Below are positions 1 to 11,535 of a stretch of 64,000 nucleotides of DNA, in pieces. Origin of the DNA: Candidatus Hydrogenedentota bacterium (GTDB lineage Bacteria; Hydrogenedentota; Hydrogenedentia; Hydrogenedentales; SLHB01); the NCBI GenBank assembly GCA_045863335.1, contig BTVY01000013.1:64001-128000 (forward strand), read 5' to 3'. Positions within the stretch are counted from its first letter, which is position 1, and each line of letters opens with the position of its first letter. The notes under the pieces were generated by a model. The model saw nothing but the letters and a program-made list of their open reading frames with translations, did not search any database and was not told the DNA's origin. A program made the position numbers and the translations under genes.

Positions 1-1905
1 ATCGGGCTGCGAATCGAGGACTCTGAAGCCGTGCCAACGACGGTGTCCATCGGGGAAGAACCGGCGGGGCCTCCCGAGCTTGCGGTAACGTATTTCGGGT
101 TCGAAAACGGCATCAATCGCGCGGGCGCAAACTGTGAAGTGCTGCTTCGCGTCACGAATGTTGGCGGTCGAAGGCAAGGCATCCGCGGCATTCACCTGGA
201 ACCCGGTGAAGGGCTTGAAGTGACTGCCGCACCAGAAGACTTGCACGTCGAAGGGTTGGACCACGAGGAGTACGTGGACTTCGTCTGGACCGTTCGCGCG
301 TCCGAGCCGGGAGCACGAAGCGCGTTGGTCCACTTTGAAGGCAAGGGAAACCTGCCGGAGCCGGCGACGGCGCATCTGACGTTCTCGGAACCCTTAGGTC
401 TGGAGGCGGCGGACTACGTGCCCGAGCCGCGGCCGGTGAAGACGTCAGTCGAAGTGGCGGCGTACTATTTCCCCGGCTGGGATTCTCCCGCGAAGTGGGA
501 CCCCGTCCAACGCGTCGCGCCAGTTCGCAAACCGGTGCTGGGCTATTACGATGAGAGCAATCCCGAGTGCGTGGACTGGCAAATCAAGTGGGCGGTGGAG
601 AATGGCATTTCCGTGTTCCTTGTCGACTGGTACTGGGTCAAGGGGAACCAACACCTGACGCACTGGTTCGAGGCGTACAAGAAATCGCGCTACCGCGACT
701 ATCTGAAGGTCGCCATCATGTGGGCGAACCACAATCCGCCGGATACCCACTCGCGGGAAGACTGGCGCAACGTGACGCAGGAGTGGATCGACCAGTACTT
801 CGGCATGGAGAGCTACTACCGCATCGACGGCAAACCCGCCCTCTTCCTGTGGGACCCGCGGAACCTGCGTAACGATCTCGGCGGGTCCGAAGGCGCCAAG
901 GCCGCCCTGGACGATTCGCAACAGATGGCGCGGGACGCGGGATACGAGGGCATCGAGTTTGTAGCGGTGAACACCGCGGAGTCACCTGCCTACGTCGAGT
1001 TGCTCGCCGCGGAGGGTTATGCAGGCGCCACCAACTATCACGAATGGGGCAAGGCGACGGACTCCATGCTGCGCCCACAGCGCGCCCGATTTGAAGACGT
1101 GGTGGCTTCGGCGCCGGAGGCTTGGGCGCGGCGCAACGAAATGTGCAAACCCCTCACCTACTATCCTCTCGTGGATACCGGTTGGGATTCCCGGCCCTGG
1201 CATGGCGACAACTCGCTGGCAATCGAGGGACGCACCCCCGCGCTGTTCGAGCAGTTGTTGCGAGAGGCAAAAACGTTCTGCGCGGCGAACGGTAAGTCGG
1301 TCGTGATCCTCGGTCCCGTCAACGAATGGGGTGAGGGCAGTTATATTGAGCCCTGCACCGAATACGGATTCGCCATGCTCGAAGCCGTGCGCAATGTCTT
1401 TGCCGAAGGCGACCCCGCGTCGTGGCCGGTAAACGTCGCGCCCGGCGACGTAGGGCGCGGGCCCTACGACTATCCGCCGTTTGAACCCGTTACGGCATGG
1501 GACTTCGAAGAAGGGCCGGGGGAATGGCGGGCCATGATGGATGTGGGCGCGTTCCGCGCAGAGGACGGCGCCATCCGGCTGAAGACACTTGGCCGCGATC
1601 CCGCGATCGTCGTCCCCCTAACCGGGGTGCGGGCGTCCGCCTTCGAAGCGGCGGAAGTGACGATGCAGATCACCGGCGATTTGCCGCCTGCGATGCATGC
1701 CCAGCTCTTCTGGTCCCGGGGCGGCAATGGGACTAGCGAGTCGGCCAGCGTGGTGGTTCCGCTCCAGACCGACGGCGCCATGCACAGGTATACCTTCGAT
1801 CTGAGCGCGAATCCCCGTTGGCGCGGGCCGATTACCATGCTGCGGTTCGATCCCTGCGATGCGGCGGATGTGGACATCGCGATCGATTCCTTCCAGTTGC
1901 GCTGA
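1..1905 (+). CDS. GH99-like / WbsX-family glycoside hydrolase domain protein with C-terminal CBM-like domain (5' partial)
   Basis: Frame open from base 1. Motifs VAAYYFPGW, P.LGYYDE, WQIKWAVENGISVFLVDWYW, GWDSRPW and NEWGEGSYIEP; C-terminal WRGPITMLRFDP. Confidence 0.75.
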   Translation: MGLRIEDSEAVPTTVSIGEEPAGPPELAVTYFGFENGINRAGANCEVLLRVTNVGGRRQGIRGIHLEPGEGLEVTAAPEDLHVEGLDHEEYVDFVWTVRASEPGARSALVHFEGKGNLPEPATAHLTFSEPLGLEAADYVPEPRPVKTSVEVAAYYFPGWDSPAKWDPVQRVAPVRKPVLGYYDESNPECVDWQIKWAVENGISVFLVDWYWVKGNQHLTHWFEAYKKSRYRDYLKVAIMWANHNPPDTHSREDWRNVTQEWIDQYFGMESYYRIDGKPALFLWDPRNLRNDLGGSEGAKAALDDSQQMARDAGYEGIEFVAVNTAESPAYVELLAAEGYAGATNYHEWGKATDSMLRPQRARFEDVVASAPEAWARRNEMCKPLTYYPLVDTGWDSRPWHGDNSLAIEGRTPALFEQLLREAKTFCAANGKSVVILGPVNEWGEGSYIEPCTEYGFAMLEAVRNVFAEGDPASWPVNVAPGDVGRGPYDYPPFEPVTAWDFEEGPGEWRAMMDVGAFRAEDGAIRLKTLGRDPAIVVPLTGVRASAFEAAEVTMQITGDLPPAMHAQLFWSRGGNGTSESASVVVPLQTDGAMHRYTFDLSANPRWRGPITMLRFDPCDAADVDIAIDSFQLR

Positions 1906-2139
1906 GACTATGGCACTGATGTCGGATGCCGGCTACTTCCATCGCGACTCCGCCCGTGGAATGCGAATCGAATCTCGCGGTGGGTTCCTCAGGCCGGACA
2001 GAAGGCACGCGCAGTGGTTGCATCATGTGGTCAGAAGAAGGCATTTTCATCTGGTCGAATGCGAGTGGGCTGAACGTTGGCTGGACGCAAACGAGACGGC
2101 CAACAGGCACGAGGAGGTAGCGAGACTATTGCGGGGAAC

Positions 2140-4443
2140 ATGGCGCTGAGTAATCGAAGCAGGGGAGACGCGCTCGCGGTCTGCGGTATCGTTGGGCTCG
2201 GTATCGCCATGTTCGCCGATGTGTTCGTGCGTCCGGGAACGCTGGCGACGTTTACCAAGTCGGACGTGCTCGAATACTTCGGGCCCCTTCGGCACTACGC
2301 GTACGGGGAACTTGCGAACGGCAACTTTCCCTTGTGGAATCCCCATATCCTCGCTGGGACCCCGTGCTTCGGGGCGTTTCAGGCGGGGTTGCTCTATCCG
2401 TTTAACGCCATCTATCTCATCTTCCCGTTTACCACGGCCATCAACCTGGATCTGTGGTTTCACGTCACCTTGATGGGGCTCACGATGTACGCGTGGGCGC
2501 GCCACACGCTATCGCCGTTGCCCGCCTTCTATGCCGCGGCCGTGCCCATGCTGGGGCCTTTCTTTCTGCACGTCATGTGCGGTCATCTGCCCATGCTCGC
2601 ATGCCTGGCCTGGACGCCTCTTCTTTTCCTCGCGTACGACAAGCTGCGCGACGGTGGCGGGTTCGGCTGGTTTCTCTTGGGCACGTTTTCGGCCGCGCTT
2701 CAAGCGGTAGCCGGTTGGCCACAAGGCTTGATGATGGTGGTCATCGTTTTCGCCCTGTATTGGGTGTTGACCATCTGGTCGTCCAGGCACCCAATCCGCG
2801 TGAGCGCCTCCATGGCCGCTATGGCGCTCTTTGCCGGCGCCATGGCCACGGCCCAATTGTGGACGGGTATGGAAACCAGCGCAGAAAGCGTGCGGGGCGG
2901 AGGGTTGCCCTACGCGTACGCCATGGGCTTCAGCCTGCCCCGGGAGAATCTCCTGACCTACCTGGCACCCACCGTTTTCGGCAACGATCATCATGTGCCC
3001 TATTTCGTGTGGAACCATTTCTGGGAGTCGTGCGCGTTCATCGGCATTACCACGCTGGTTCTGGCCATCATCGGCGCCCTCTGCGGGCCGGGAAAACGGG
3101 TCCGCGTGCTGGCGCCGATCCTGCTCGCGCTGCTGGTGCTGGCCCTGGGCGGCTCCTCGCCGGTCCACCGGGTTCTGTACGACTGGATACCGGGATTCGA
3201 TCAATTGCGCGCCATGGGCCGGTTCACCATCTACTTCTCCATGTTCGCCGCCCTGCTGGCCGGAGAGGGGTTCGCCGTGCTCCTTGCCGGGGGAAAAGAT
3301 TATCTCCGCTCGATCGCGGGTGGCCTCGCCGCGTTGGCAGTCGTGCTCCTCGTCGCGTCGCTGATTGCCATCCTGCCGTATAGCGCGTTGCCGCAAGTGA
3401 ATGGACTGCTGGCCATCCGTAACGCCGTTGTCGAGAACTGGCCGACCCGGTTTCCAGAAAGCGTGCATCAAGTCTACTTCGCGGCTGGTTCGTTACTCGT
3501 CGCTGCCGGGACCTGCATGATCCTCGCGCTGCTGTTCACCTGCGCGCGCAAACGGTCCAGTGTCGTCCTGATGATCTTTGCCCTGGGAATCGTCGAAGTG
3601 AGTGTCTTCGCACGCATTCACCGCGGCGCCGCAACGTTTGAACAAATGGATGGTCCCACGGCGGCGGCGGTATACGCAGGTGATCCCGGCGAGCACCGTG
3701 TGCTCATGCGGGACGAGTACAACGCGCCCTTGACCGCGCGGGGTTACGGCGTGTGGGGCTACGATGCCCTCGTCCTCGATCGCTACGCGCAGTTTTTTGG
3801 CCACACGGTAGACTACTCGAAGCGGGTCGTCGACACGCACCTCCCACGCATTCGCTACCAACCGCTCCACCGCATGCTCCGCTGCAAGTATCTGATCTCG
3901 CCGAACGCATCCCAAAAGGGGGTGCGGATAGTGGGCGATCCGATGCCGCGCTTTCTCATCGTGCGCGACGTACAGGTGATGCGCGGGAAGAAGCGCATTT
4001 TCGCGGCGATGGACGATCCGGCATTCGATCCGGCACAGACCGTCGTTCTGGAGCAGAAGCCCATGCCCGCACCGGAGCCCGGATCGGGTGTAGACGAGGT
4101 TCGCGTTCTGAGCGGCGATTCGGATCACACTGTTCTGGAGGCCTCGCTCCAAACGCCGGGTATTCTGCTCGTGACGGATGCGTATGCGAAGAGTTGGCGC
4201 GCGCGTTCACTCGAAGCGGATCCGCCGCAGACACAGTACGAAGTGTTGCCGGCGAACTACGCGCTGCGCGCGGTGCCGCTCGCGGCCGGTGAGCACCGGA
4301 TCGTCATGGAATACGCGCCGCCAGGGTATGTGTACGGTCGATGGATTTCCCTGGTGGCGACGACGGCGTATCTCGTCGCTGCCTTGATGTGGCTCATTCG
4401 ATTCCGCGCGAGGCGGCGTGAACCCGGTACAAACCTCGATTGA
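2140..4443 (+). CDS. YfhO-family multi-pass membrane protein (GT-C-like)
   Basis: G.FPLWNP...AGTP...G.LYPFN motif, many TM segments, C-terminal LVTDAY..SWRA and PANYALRAVPL..GEHRIVMEY. Start at ATG 2140 is inferred. Confidence 0.8.
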   Translation: MALSNRSRGDALAVCGIVGLGIAMFADVFVRPGTLATFTKSDVLEYFGPLRHYAYGELANGNFPLWNPHILAGTPCFGAFQAGLLYPFNAIYLIFPFTTAINLDLWFHVTLMGLTMYAWARHTLSPLPAFYAAAVPMLGPFFLHVMCGHLPMLACLAWTPLLFLAYDKLRDGGGFGWFLLGTFSAALQAVAGWPQGLMMVVIVFALYWVLTIWSSRHPIRVSASMAAMALFAGAMATAQLWTGMETSAESVRGGGLPYAYAMGFSLPRENLLTYLAPTVFGNDHHVPYFVWNHFWESCAFIGITTLVLAIIGALCGPGKRVRVLAPILLALLVLALGGSSPVHRVLYDWIPGFDQLRAMGRFTIYFSMFAALLAGEGFAVLLAGGKDYLRSIAGGLAALAVVLLVASLIAILPYSALPQVNGLLAIRNAVVENWPTRFPESVHQVYFAAGSLLVAAGTCMILALLFTCARKRSSVVLMIFALGIVEVSVFARIHRGAATFEQMDGPTAAAVYAGDPGEHRVLMRDEYNAPLTARGYGVWGYDALVLDRYAQFFGHTVDYSKRVVDTHLPRIRYQPLHRMLRCKYLISPNASQKGVRIVGDPMPRFLIVRDVQVMRGKKRIFAAMDDPAFDPAQTVVLEQKPMPAPEPGSGVDEVRVLSGDSDHTVLEASLQTPGILLVTDAYAKSWRARSLEADPPQTQYEVLPANYALRAVPLAAGEHRIVMEYAPPGYVYGRWISLVATTAYLVAALMWLIRFRARRREPGTNLD

Positions 4444-4471
4444 GCGCGTTCGGTCCGCTTGAAACCAGGTA

Positions 4472-7270
4472 CTATTCCGTAAACGCGCGATGCTCTCCGC
4501 CGCCCGCTGCCCGGTATGCTGCGTAGGCTTGCGCCGCCTCCTCTGCATTGCCTTCCGCAGCCAGAAGATCGCTTCGAATCAGGTGAAGCTCCGCGGTCTC
4601 TTCCAGGTACGGGGCCACGCGCTCGTAGTAGGCGCGCGCGTCCGCAAGCTCATCCCATCGTATGAACAGCGTCATGCGCTGATCGGCGATGTCCTTAAGA
4701 TAGGAAAGCGCCATGTAGTCGTGGGGATCGATGTCGAGCGCGCGCATGAAAATGTCGTCCGGGTTCCCCCCAGCCATCGATCCATAGAGCGTGATAACTC
4801 CTTCCAACGCGACCGAGTGGGAAGCATGGCGCTGATTCAGTCGCGCCGTCGCGACTTCGATGGCCGCATCGTCCACTCCCGCAAAAGACATCATGGTCAA
4901 AGGGCTTTCGTAGTGAGGTTGTAGCGCCCGCAGGCTGTCTGCTACGGTGGATTCATAGATTAGCCGCGGCGCGATGAACTCCGCCCAAGGACGGTCGTCC
5001 ACCATGATCCCGCCGCCTTCGGCGAAGGCCTCCATGCCGTCTTGAGTCATGAAGAAACAGCAGAGCAGTTCGGTAAGATCGCCGATACCCACGTCCTGCA
5101 AGCGGGGACCGATGGCCGGATCCTCGAACGTCGCTTTCGCGTTAGCGTAGTCAACCCTCAATGGTTCGTTGGACGCGATAACAAACAGGTCGGAGTTGAT
5201 AAACCAAACGCAATAGTGGGGAAACACGCTCCGTATCGTGTGTACCAGCGAACGTACGACGTCGAGATTCAGGCTGTGCAGGGGGACCCATTGGGAGACG
5301 AGCCCGCCCGGACTGAGATGCTCAAGGCACTCCTCGTAGAATTCCCGCGTGTAAAAGGTGGACACCCCGGCGACGGCAAGGGGCATCGGTTCGAAGGTGA
5401 TCAGGTCGTACCGGTTTTCCGTCGTGAGCAGGAAATTGCGCCCGTCGTCGACGATGAAATTCAGCTTGGGGTTGTCCAACACGTCCAGATTGTCCGCCGC
5501 AAAGAACGGCGCTGCGTGGAGGACGTCTTCCGCGATCTCGACTGCGTCAATACGCTCGAAATCAGAGAGCCCGAGCGTACCCGCCGTGACGCCCGAACCG
5601 AAGCACATGAACAGGGCTTCCTTCGGCTGTCGATCGAAGAGAAGCGGCAGAACGCCCTGGAACCGGTTCATCTTCACGCCTTTTTCGATTGATTGCGTCG
5701 CCTGTACGGAGTTGATCCAAAGCACTCGGTCTGACTCTGTCAGGTTGTTCTCGGGTTCCGATACGACGACCGTGCCTTCGACGCCTTCTTTGTAATGGAT
5801 GACGCGATGGTCCTCGGGGATGTAGCGTTTGTTGAGCGCATAGGCCGCGTCATCCGGCATGGTGCGCCATGTGGCCGCGATGCCTCCCGCACCGAAAAGC
5901 AGCAACAGGAGCTTGACGAACCAGGGCCGCGTCGGACACGCGAGGATGAGCATCACGCCCGTGGCGGCAAGCACCAGGCCCAACGCCACGATGCCGTCGT
6001 GCGCGCCGAGACGGGGCAACACGAAGTAACCACCCGCCAACGCGCCAAGGACTCCCGCGAAGGTATTCAGCGCATAGAGCCGGCCCACGTCGCGTCCGAG
6101 ACGGGATGGAATCTGGGCGACCGCCCGGACGGCGAATGGAAACGCCACGCCGAAGAAGAAGGTCGGAACGAAGAGCACGGAGAAGGACAGGATGAACTGG
6201 ATTTCGGTGACGCGGTCGAAGTTGTAGCCGCCGGTTGTCGCCAACTCTTTGAAGCGTTCCGGCATGCGGGCAAAGGCCGTCAGCATGGCGAGGCAGGCGA
6301 TCCCCGCGATGACCTGGATGGCGCCGAACCACGAGACGGGGTGGCGCCGCCGATCCGCAAACCAGGACGCCACAAAACTCCCGGATGCAATGCCGCAAAG
6401 CAACGACGTGAGCATGGTGGTGTAGGCATAGGTGGTGCCGGTAAAGACGATGGTGAGCATGCGGGTCCACAACACTTCCAGAGCCAGCGCGCAGAAACCC
6501 GACAAGCCGAAGGCCAGGAACACGGCGGCGATGGCGAGCGTGTGCGATTTCTCCGCGGATTCGGCCGCTGCCTCATCCGGCTTCTCTTCCGCGTCCGCCA
6601 GGTTGATCAAAAAACGATTCGCGATCGCGATCGCGACGATACCGACCGCCACGTTGGCTACGGCGCCGATGAGGGTGGTCCGCGTGTAGCCGAAGTGTTC
6701 AATGAAGTAGAAACCCGTGACGAAGCATCCTGTCACGGCGCCGAAGGTGTTCACGCCGTAGAGCAGTCCCACACGACGGCCTTTCCCATCGTCTTTGCGC
6801 ACGACGGCCTTCGCCAGGAGCGGTAGCGTGGTCCCCATCAAGGTCACCGGCACAATGAGGAACGCCGCGGCCAGGAGTCCGCGCAGCGCTATGCCGAGTT
6901 CCCGCGAAGAGGACGACATCTGCAGAATGGCGACAACGAGGGACTCGCCCCAGCCGATGAACAGGATGAACAGCAACGCCCAGACGCCGATTGCGATCTC
7001 GAAAACGCCGTACCAGAGGAGCGGCCGCCGCGCGCGGTCCGCGATGCGCCCGCCCCACACGCTGCCGATGCCCAGGCCGAGGAAGAAGATGGACAGGACC
7101 GTGCTGACTGCGTACGACGTGGTGCCCAAGAGCAACACCAGACTGCGGGTCCACACGACCTGGTAGAGCAAACCACAGGCGCCCGACACCAAGAAGAACA
7201 GCAATACGGCGAGGAACAACGATAGACTGGCATAGCGCGAAGGGCGCGATAGCGGATTGGTGGAACTCAT
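4472..7270 (-). CDS. Fused multi-TM / spermidine-synthase-like SAM-dependent transferase
   Basis: Duplicated TM block (SGACGLLYQVVW.R / SGFCALALEVLW.R; LYGVNTFGA / LYALNTFAG) followed by CFGSGVTAG, DAVEI, DDGRNFL and YDLITFEP. Confidence 0.8.
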   Translation of the reverse strand: MSSTNPLSRPSRYASLSLFLAVLLFFLVSGACGLLYQVVWTRSLVLLLGTTSYAVSTVLSIFFLGLGIGSVWGGRIADRARRPLLWYGVFEIAIGVWALLFILFIGWGESLVVAILQMSSSSRELGIALRGLLAAAFLIVPVTLMGTTLPLLAKAVVRKDDGKGRRVGLLYGVNTFGAVTGCFVTGFYFIEHFGYTRTTLIGAVANVAVGIVAIAIANRFLINLADAEEKPDEAAAESAEKSHTLAIAAVFLAFGLSGFCALALEVLWTRMLTIVFTGTTYAYTTMLTSLLCGIASGSFVASWFADRRRHPVSWFGAIQVIAGIACLAMLTAFARMPERFKELATTGGYNFDRVTEIQFILSFSVLFVPTFFFGVAFPFAVRAVAQIPSRLGRDVGRLYALNTFAGVLGALAGGYFVLPRLGAHDGIVALGLVLAATGVMLILACPTRPWFVKLLLLLFGAGGIAATWRTMPDDAAYALNKRYIPEDHRVIHYKEGVEGTVVVSEPENNLTESDRVLWINSVQATQSIEKGVKMNRFQGVLPLLFDRQPKEALFMCFGSGVTAGTLGLSDFERIDAVEIAEDVLHAAPFFAADNLDVLDNPKLNFIVDDGRNFLLTTENRYDLITFEPMPLAVAGVSTFYTREFYEECLEHLSPGGLVSQWVPLHSLNLDVVRSLVHTIRSVFPHYCVWFINSDLFVIASNEPLRVDYANAKATFEDPAIGPRLQDVGIGDLTELLCCFFMTQDGMEAFAEGGGIMVDDRPWAEFIAPRLIYESTVADSLRALQPHYESPLTMMSFAGVDDAAIEVATARLNQRHASHSVALEGVITLYGSMAGGNPDDIFMRALDIDPHDYMALSYLKDIADQRMTLFIRWDELADARAYYERVAPYLEETAELHLIRSDLLAAEGNAEEAAQAYAAYRAAGGGEHRAFTE

Positions 7271-7591
7271 CAGATTACCCGGATGCCTTTCCTGGACTGC
7301 TTACGCGTATTCACGACCCCGGCAAGCGCGGGTCGCCCTGCGAGGAAGGCAAAGGATAACCGGGGTGCTGCACGCCGGGTCAAGGCGCCGATGGTAGCGC
7401 AGAACTGCGGATTCTGTCAAAGAACAGACGTGGACCGGATGCCGCACCGCCAATATCACCTCGCTTAGAAGGCCCACGTTTAGATCCACGATGCGGACGG
7501 GTTGCGGCGTCCCCCTTGCGGGCGCTACCATGCTTGACGGCTGCGCCGTGCCGGGCGCATCGCAACCTGCGGAAAGAGGGAGTTCCGGACC

Positions 7592-9010
<1,419 letters not shown>

Positions 9011-9028
9011 TCGTGGCGCTGCGCGCTT

Positions 9029-9307
9029 AAATTCGAAATTCGAATCTCGAAATCCGAAACAAATTCAAAATAGAAATGACCAAAACGATGGGAAGACAGA
9101 TGTAATCGCGTTAAGGCTCTCGGTGAATAGCACCATCAACCGTCATTCCCACCCCCTTGGCGTGGGAATCCATCTACTGTTCGAAGGCGGCATTGAAACA
9201 GTGAAGATGGACCCCCGCTTTCGCGAGGGTGACGGGGAGAAGTGCTCCGGTTTTGATATTTGAACCTTAGAATTTGTTTCGGATTTCGAGATTCGAATTT
9301 TAAATTT
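9029..9307. repeat. Heptamer-based inverted repeat enclosing a second palindromic element
   Basis: 9036-9066 (AAATTCGAATCTCGAAATCCGAAACAAATTC) is a perfect 31-bp inverted repeat of 9270-9300. Inner inverted pair at 9140-9175 / 9205-9235. Confidence 0.85.
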
Positions 9308-9363
9308 GTCCTTACACGACGGCTTCTTTCGTGGAAGCGCGGAACGATTAGGAGGAGATTCAC

Positions 9364-10392
9364 ATGGCAGAGATGGGAGTGGGCATCGTCGGCACGGGAT
9401 GGGTGGCTGGTGAACATATTCGCGCGTTCAATGAGGACCCCAACACGAAGGTCGTGGCCTTGTGCTCGCGCACGGAAGAAGGCGCGAAGGCCAAGGCGGC
9501 CGAGTGCGGCATCCAATGCGACATTTTCACCGACTACGGCAAGATGCTCGATCAGAAAGGCATCGACATCATCGCCATCGCCACGCCGCCCAACGTGCAT
9601 CGGGACGAGGCCGTCGGCGCCGCCGAAGCGGGCAAGCACATCCTTCTCGAGAAAGCTATGGCGACAACCCTCGAAGATTCCCGCGCCATCCGCGATGCGG
9701 TCGCAAAAGCCAAGGTCAAAACTGTCGTCAGTTTCGTGCTCCGTTGGAATCCCCTGTTCGACATCATCAAGAAACAACTCGCCGCGAAGACCATCGGCGA
9801 CGTGTTCCTCGGCGAAGTCGATTACTTCCACGGCATCGGCCCCTGGTACAAGCAATACGGCTGGAATGTGAAGAAGGACGTCGGCGCCAGCTCGCTCTTG
9901 TCCGCGGGATGTCACGCGCTGGACGCGTTGCGCTATTTCATGGGCGGCGAAATCGCGGAGGTGTTCCAGTACTCCACCTCCGGCAAAGGACCCGACTTCA
10001 AAGAGTACGAGTACGACGCGACCACCTGCACGGTGCTGAAGTTCAAGGATGGACGCATCGGCAAGGTCGCTTCCTGCATCGAGTGCATCCAACCCTATGT
10101 GTTCAACATCAATCTCGTCGGCACGCGTGGCACGATCAAAAACAACCAGCTGTACTCGAAAGAAACCATGCCGGGGCAGACCGGGTGGGCGACCATTCCG
10201 ACGATCCTTCCCGACAGCGGCGACGTGACGCACCATCCCTTCACGCACGAAGTCGCGCACCTCGTGGACTGTATCCAGAACAACAAAGAGTCGCATGCCA
10301 ACGTGGCGGATTCGTTCCTGACGCACGAGGCCTGCTTCGCGGCGGACCTGTCCGGCAAGGAGGGCAAACCCGTTGCCTTGCCCATGGCTTAG
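9364..10392 (+). CDS. Gfo/Idh/MocA-family oxidoreductase
   Basis: GIVGTGWVA, IATPPNVH, GKHILLEKAMA and GCHALD motifs; RBS AGGAG. Confidence 0.9.
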   Translation: MAEMGVGIVGTGWVAGEHIRAFNEDPNTKVVALCSRTEEGAKAKAAECGIQCDIFTDYGKMLDQKGIDIIAIATPPNVHRDEAVGAAEAGKHILLEKAMATTLEDSRAIRDAVAKAKVKTVVSFVLRWNPLFDIIKKQLAAKTIGDVFLGEVDYFHGIGPWYKQYGWNVKKDVGASSLLSAGCHALDALRYFMGGEIAEVFQYSTSGKGPDFKEYEYDATTCTVLKFKDGRIGKVASCIECIQPYVFNINLVGTRGTIKNNQLYSKETMPGQTGWATIPTILPDSGDVTHHPFTHEVAHLVDCIQNNKESHANVADSFLTHEACFAADLSGKEGKPVALPMA

Positions 10393-10407
10393 AATCGAGT
10401 CTTTCAC

Positions 10408-11346
10408 GTGAAGCAGTTCATATCCAGGAACGCGCTGATACTGGGCATGGCCGCGGTCTGCATCGCCCTGGCCATGCTTACACCGAGTTTTGCTTCCCCT
10501 GACAACCTGACCAACGTGGCGCGGCGCATCAGCGCCGTCAGCATCGTGGCCGTCGGCGAAACGCTCGTCATCATCACGGCGGGGATTGACCTCTCCGTCG
10601 GCAGCGTTGCGGCCCTGGCCGCCTGCGTATCGGGAATCGTCATCCGCGAATACGGATACAGCGTCCCCGTGGGTATCTTCGCGGGCATCCTGGCGGGGCT
10701 GACCTGCGGCCTCATCAACGGGCTTCTGTCCACGAAGGGGCGCATCCCTTCATTCATCGTCACCCTCGGCATGATGCTGGCCGCGCGCGGTGCGGCGCAT
10801 CTATTAACGGGCGGCGCCACGATTACCGGGCTTCCCGAGGCCTACCGCTTCCTCGGCGGCACGAGGTACTGGTTTGTCCCCTTCATCGTGACGCTGATCG
10901 TTGTCGCCATTTTCGCGGTGGTGCTTATGTACACCCGGTACGGCCGCGAAATCTACGCCACGGGCGGCAACCTCAGCGGCGCACGGTTGTCCGGTATTCC
11001 GGTAGATCGCGTGCGCATCGTCGCATTCACCTTGGGCGGCATGCTCGCCGGATTCGGCGGGGTGGTCATGGCGTCGCGGGCCGGCGTGGCCACACCCACG
11101 ATGGCTGAGGGCATGGAACTCGACGCGATCGCGGCTTGCGTCGTCGGGGGCGCCAGTCTCATGGGCGGCGAAGGTGGCGCGGTGGGCGCGTTGATCGGCG
11201 CGTTAATCATCGGCACGCTGGTCAACATCTGCCAGTTGAACGGCATGTCCGACGAGTGGCAGCGCATCGTCGTCGGCGTGTTGATCGTTGTCCTCGTATT
11301 CTTTGATAACATGCGTAAACGCCGCGCCGGGAAGTTGAAGGAGTAG
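10408..11346 (+). CDS. Monosaccharide ABC transporter permease (RbsC-like)
   Basis: GETLVIITAGIDLSVGS, IPSFIVTLG, TRYGREIYATGGN and ELDAIAACVVGGASLMGG motifs. Confidence 0.92.
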   Translation: MKQFISRNALILGMAAVCIALAMLTPSFASPDNLTNVARRISAVSIVAVGETLVIITAGIDLSVGSVAALAACVSGIVIREYGYSVPVGIFAGILAGLTCGLINGLLSTKGRIPSFIVTLGMMLAARGAAHLLTGGATITGLPEAYRFLGGTRYWFVPFIVTLIVVAIFAVVLMYTRYGREIYATGGNLSGARLSGIPVDRVRIVAFTLGGMLAGFGGVVMASRAGVATPTMAEGMELDAIAACVVGGASLMGGEGGAVGALIGALIIGTLVNICQLNGMSDEWQRIVVGVLIVVLVFFDNMRKRRAGKLKE

Positions 11347-11349
11347 CAA

Positions 11350-11515
11350 GGAGGGCGGGTTTTCCAATCCGCCAAGCCCCGCGCTCAGGACATCCTCTAT
11401 CGACGAAGTAACAACAAGAAACTTATGGCGGGCAATATCCATACAATCGCGGGACTCTTGGTGCTTGAGACTTAAACGTATTCGTTGGCGTGGCGGGTTG
11501 GAAAACCCGCCCTCC
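11350..11515. repeat. Inverted pair of REP-like palindromes (GGAGGGCGGGTTTTCCAAYCCGCCA)
   Basis: 11350-11374 and 11491-11515 are inverted copies with 1 mismatch; same family at 55157-55261. Confidence 0.85.
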
Positions 11516-11535
11516 GGTAAGAGGGAGAACTCATT

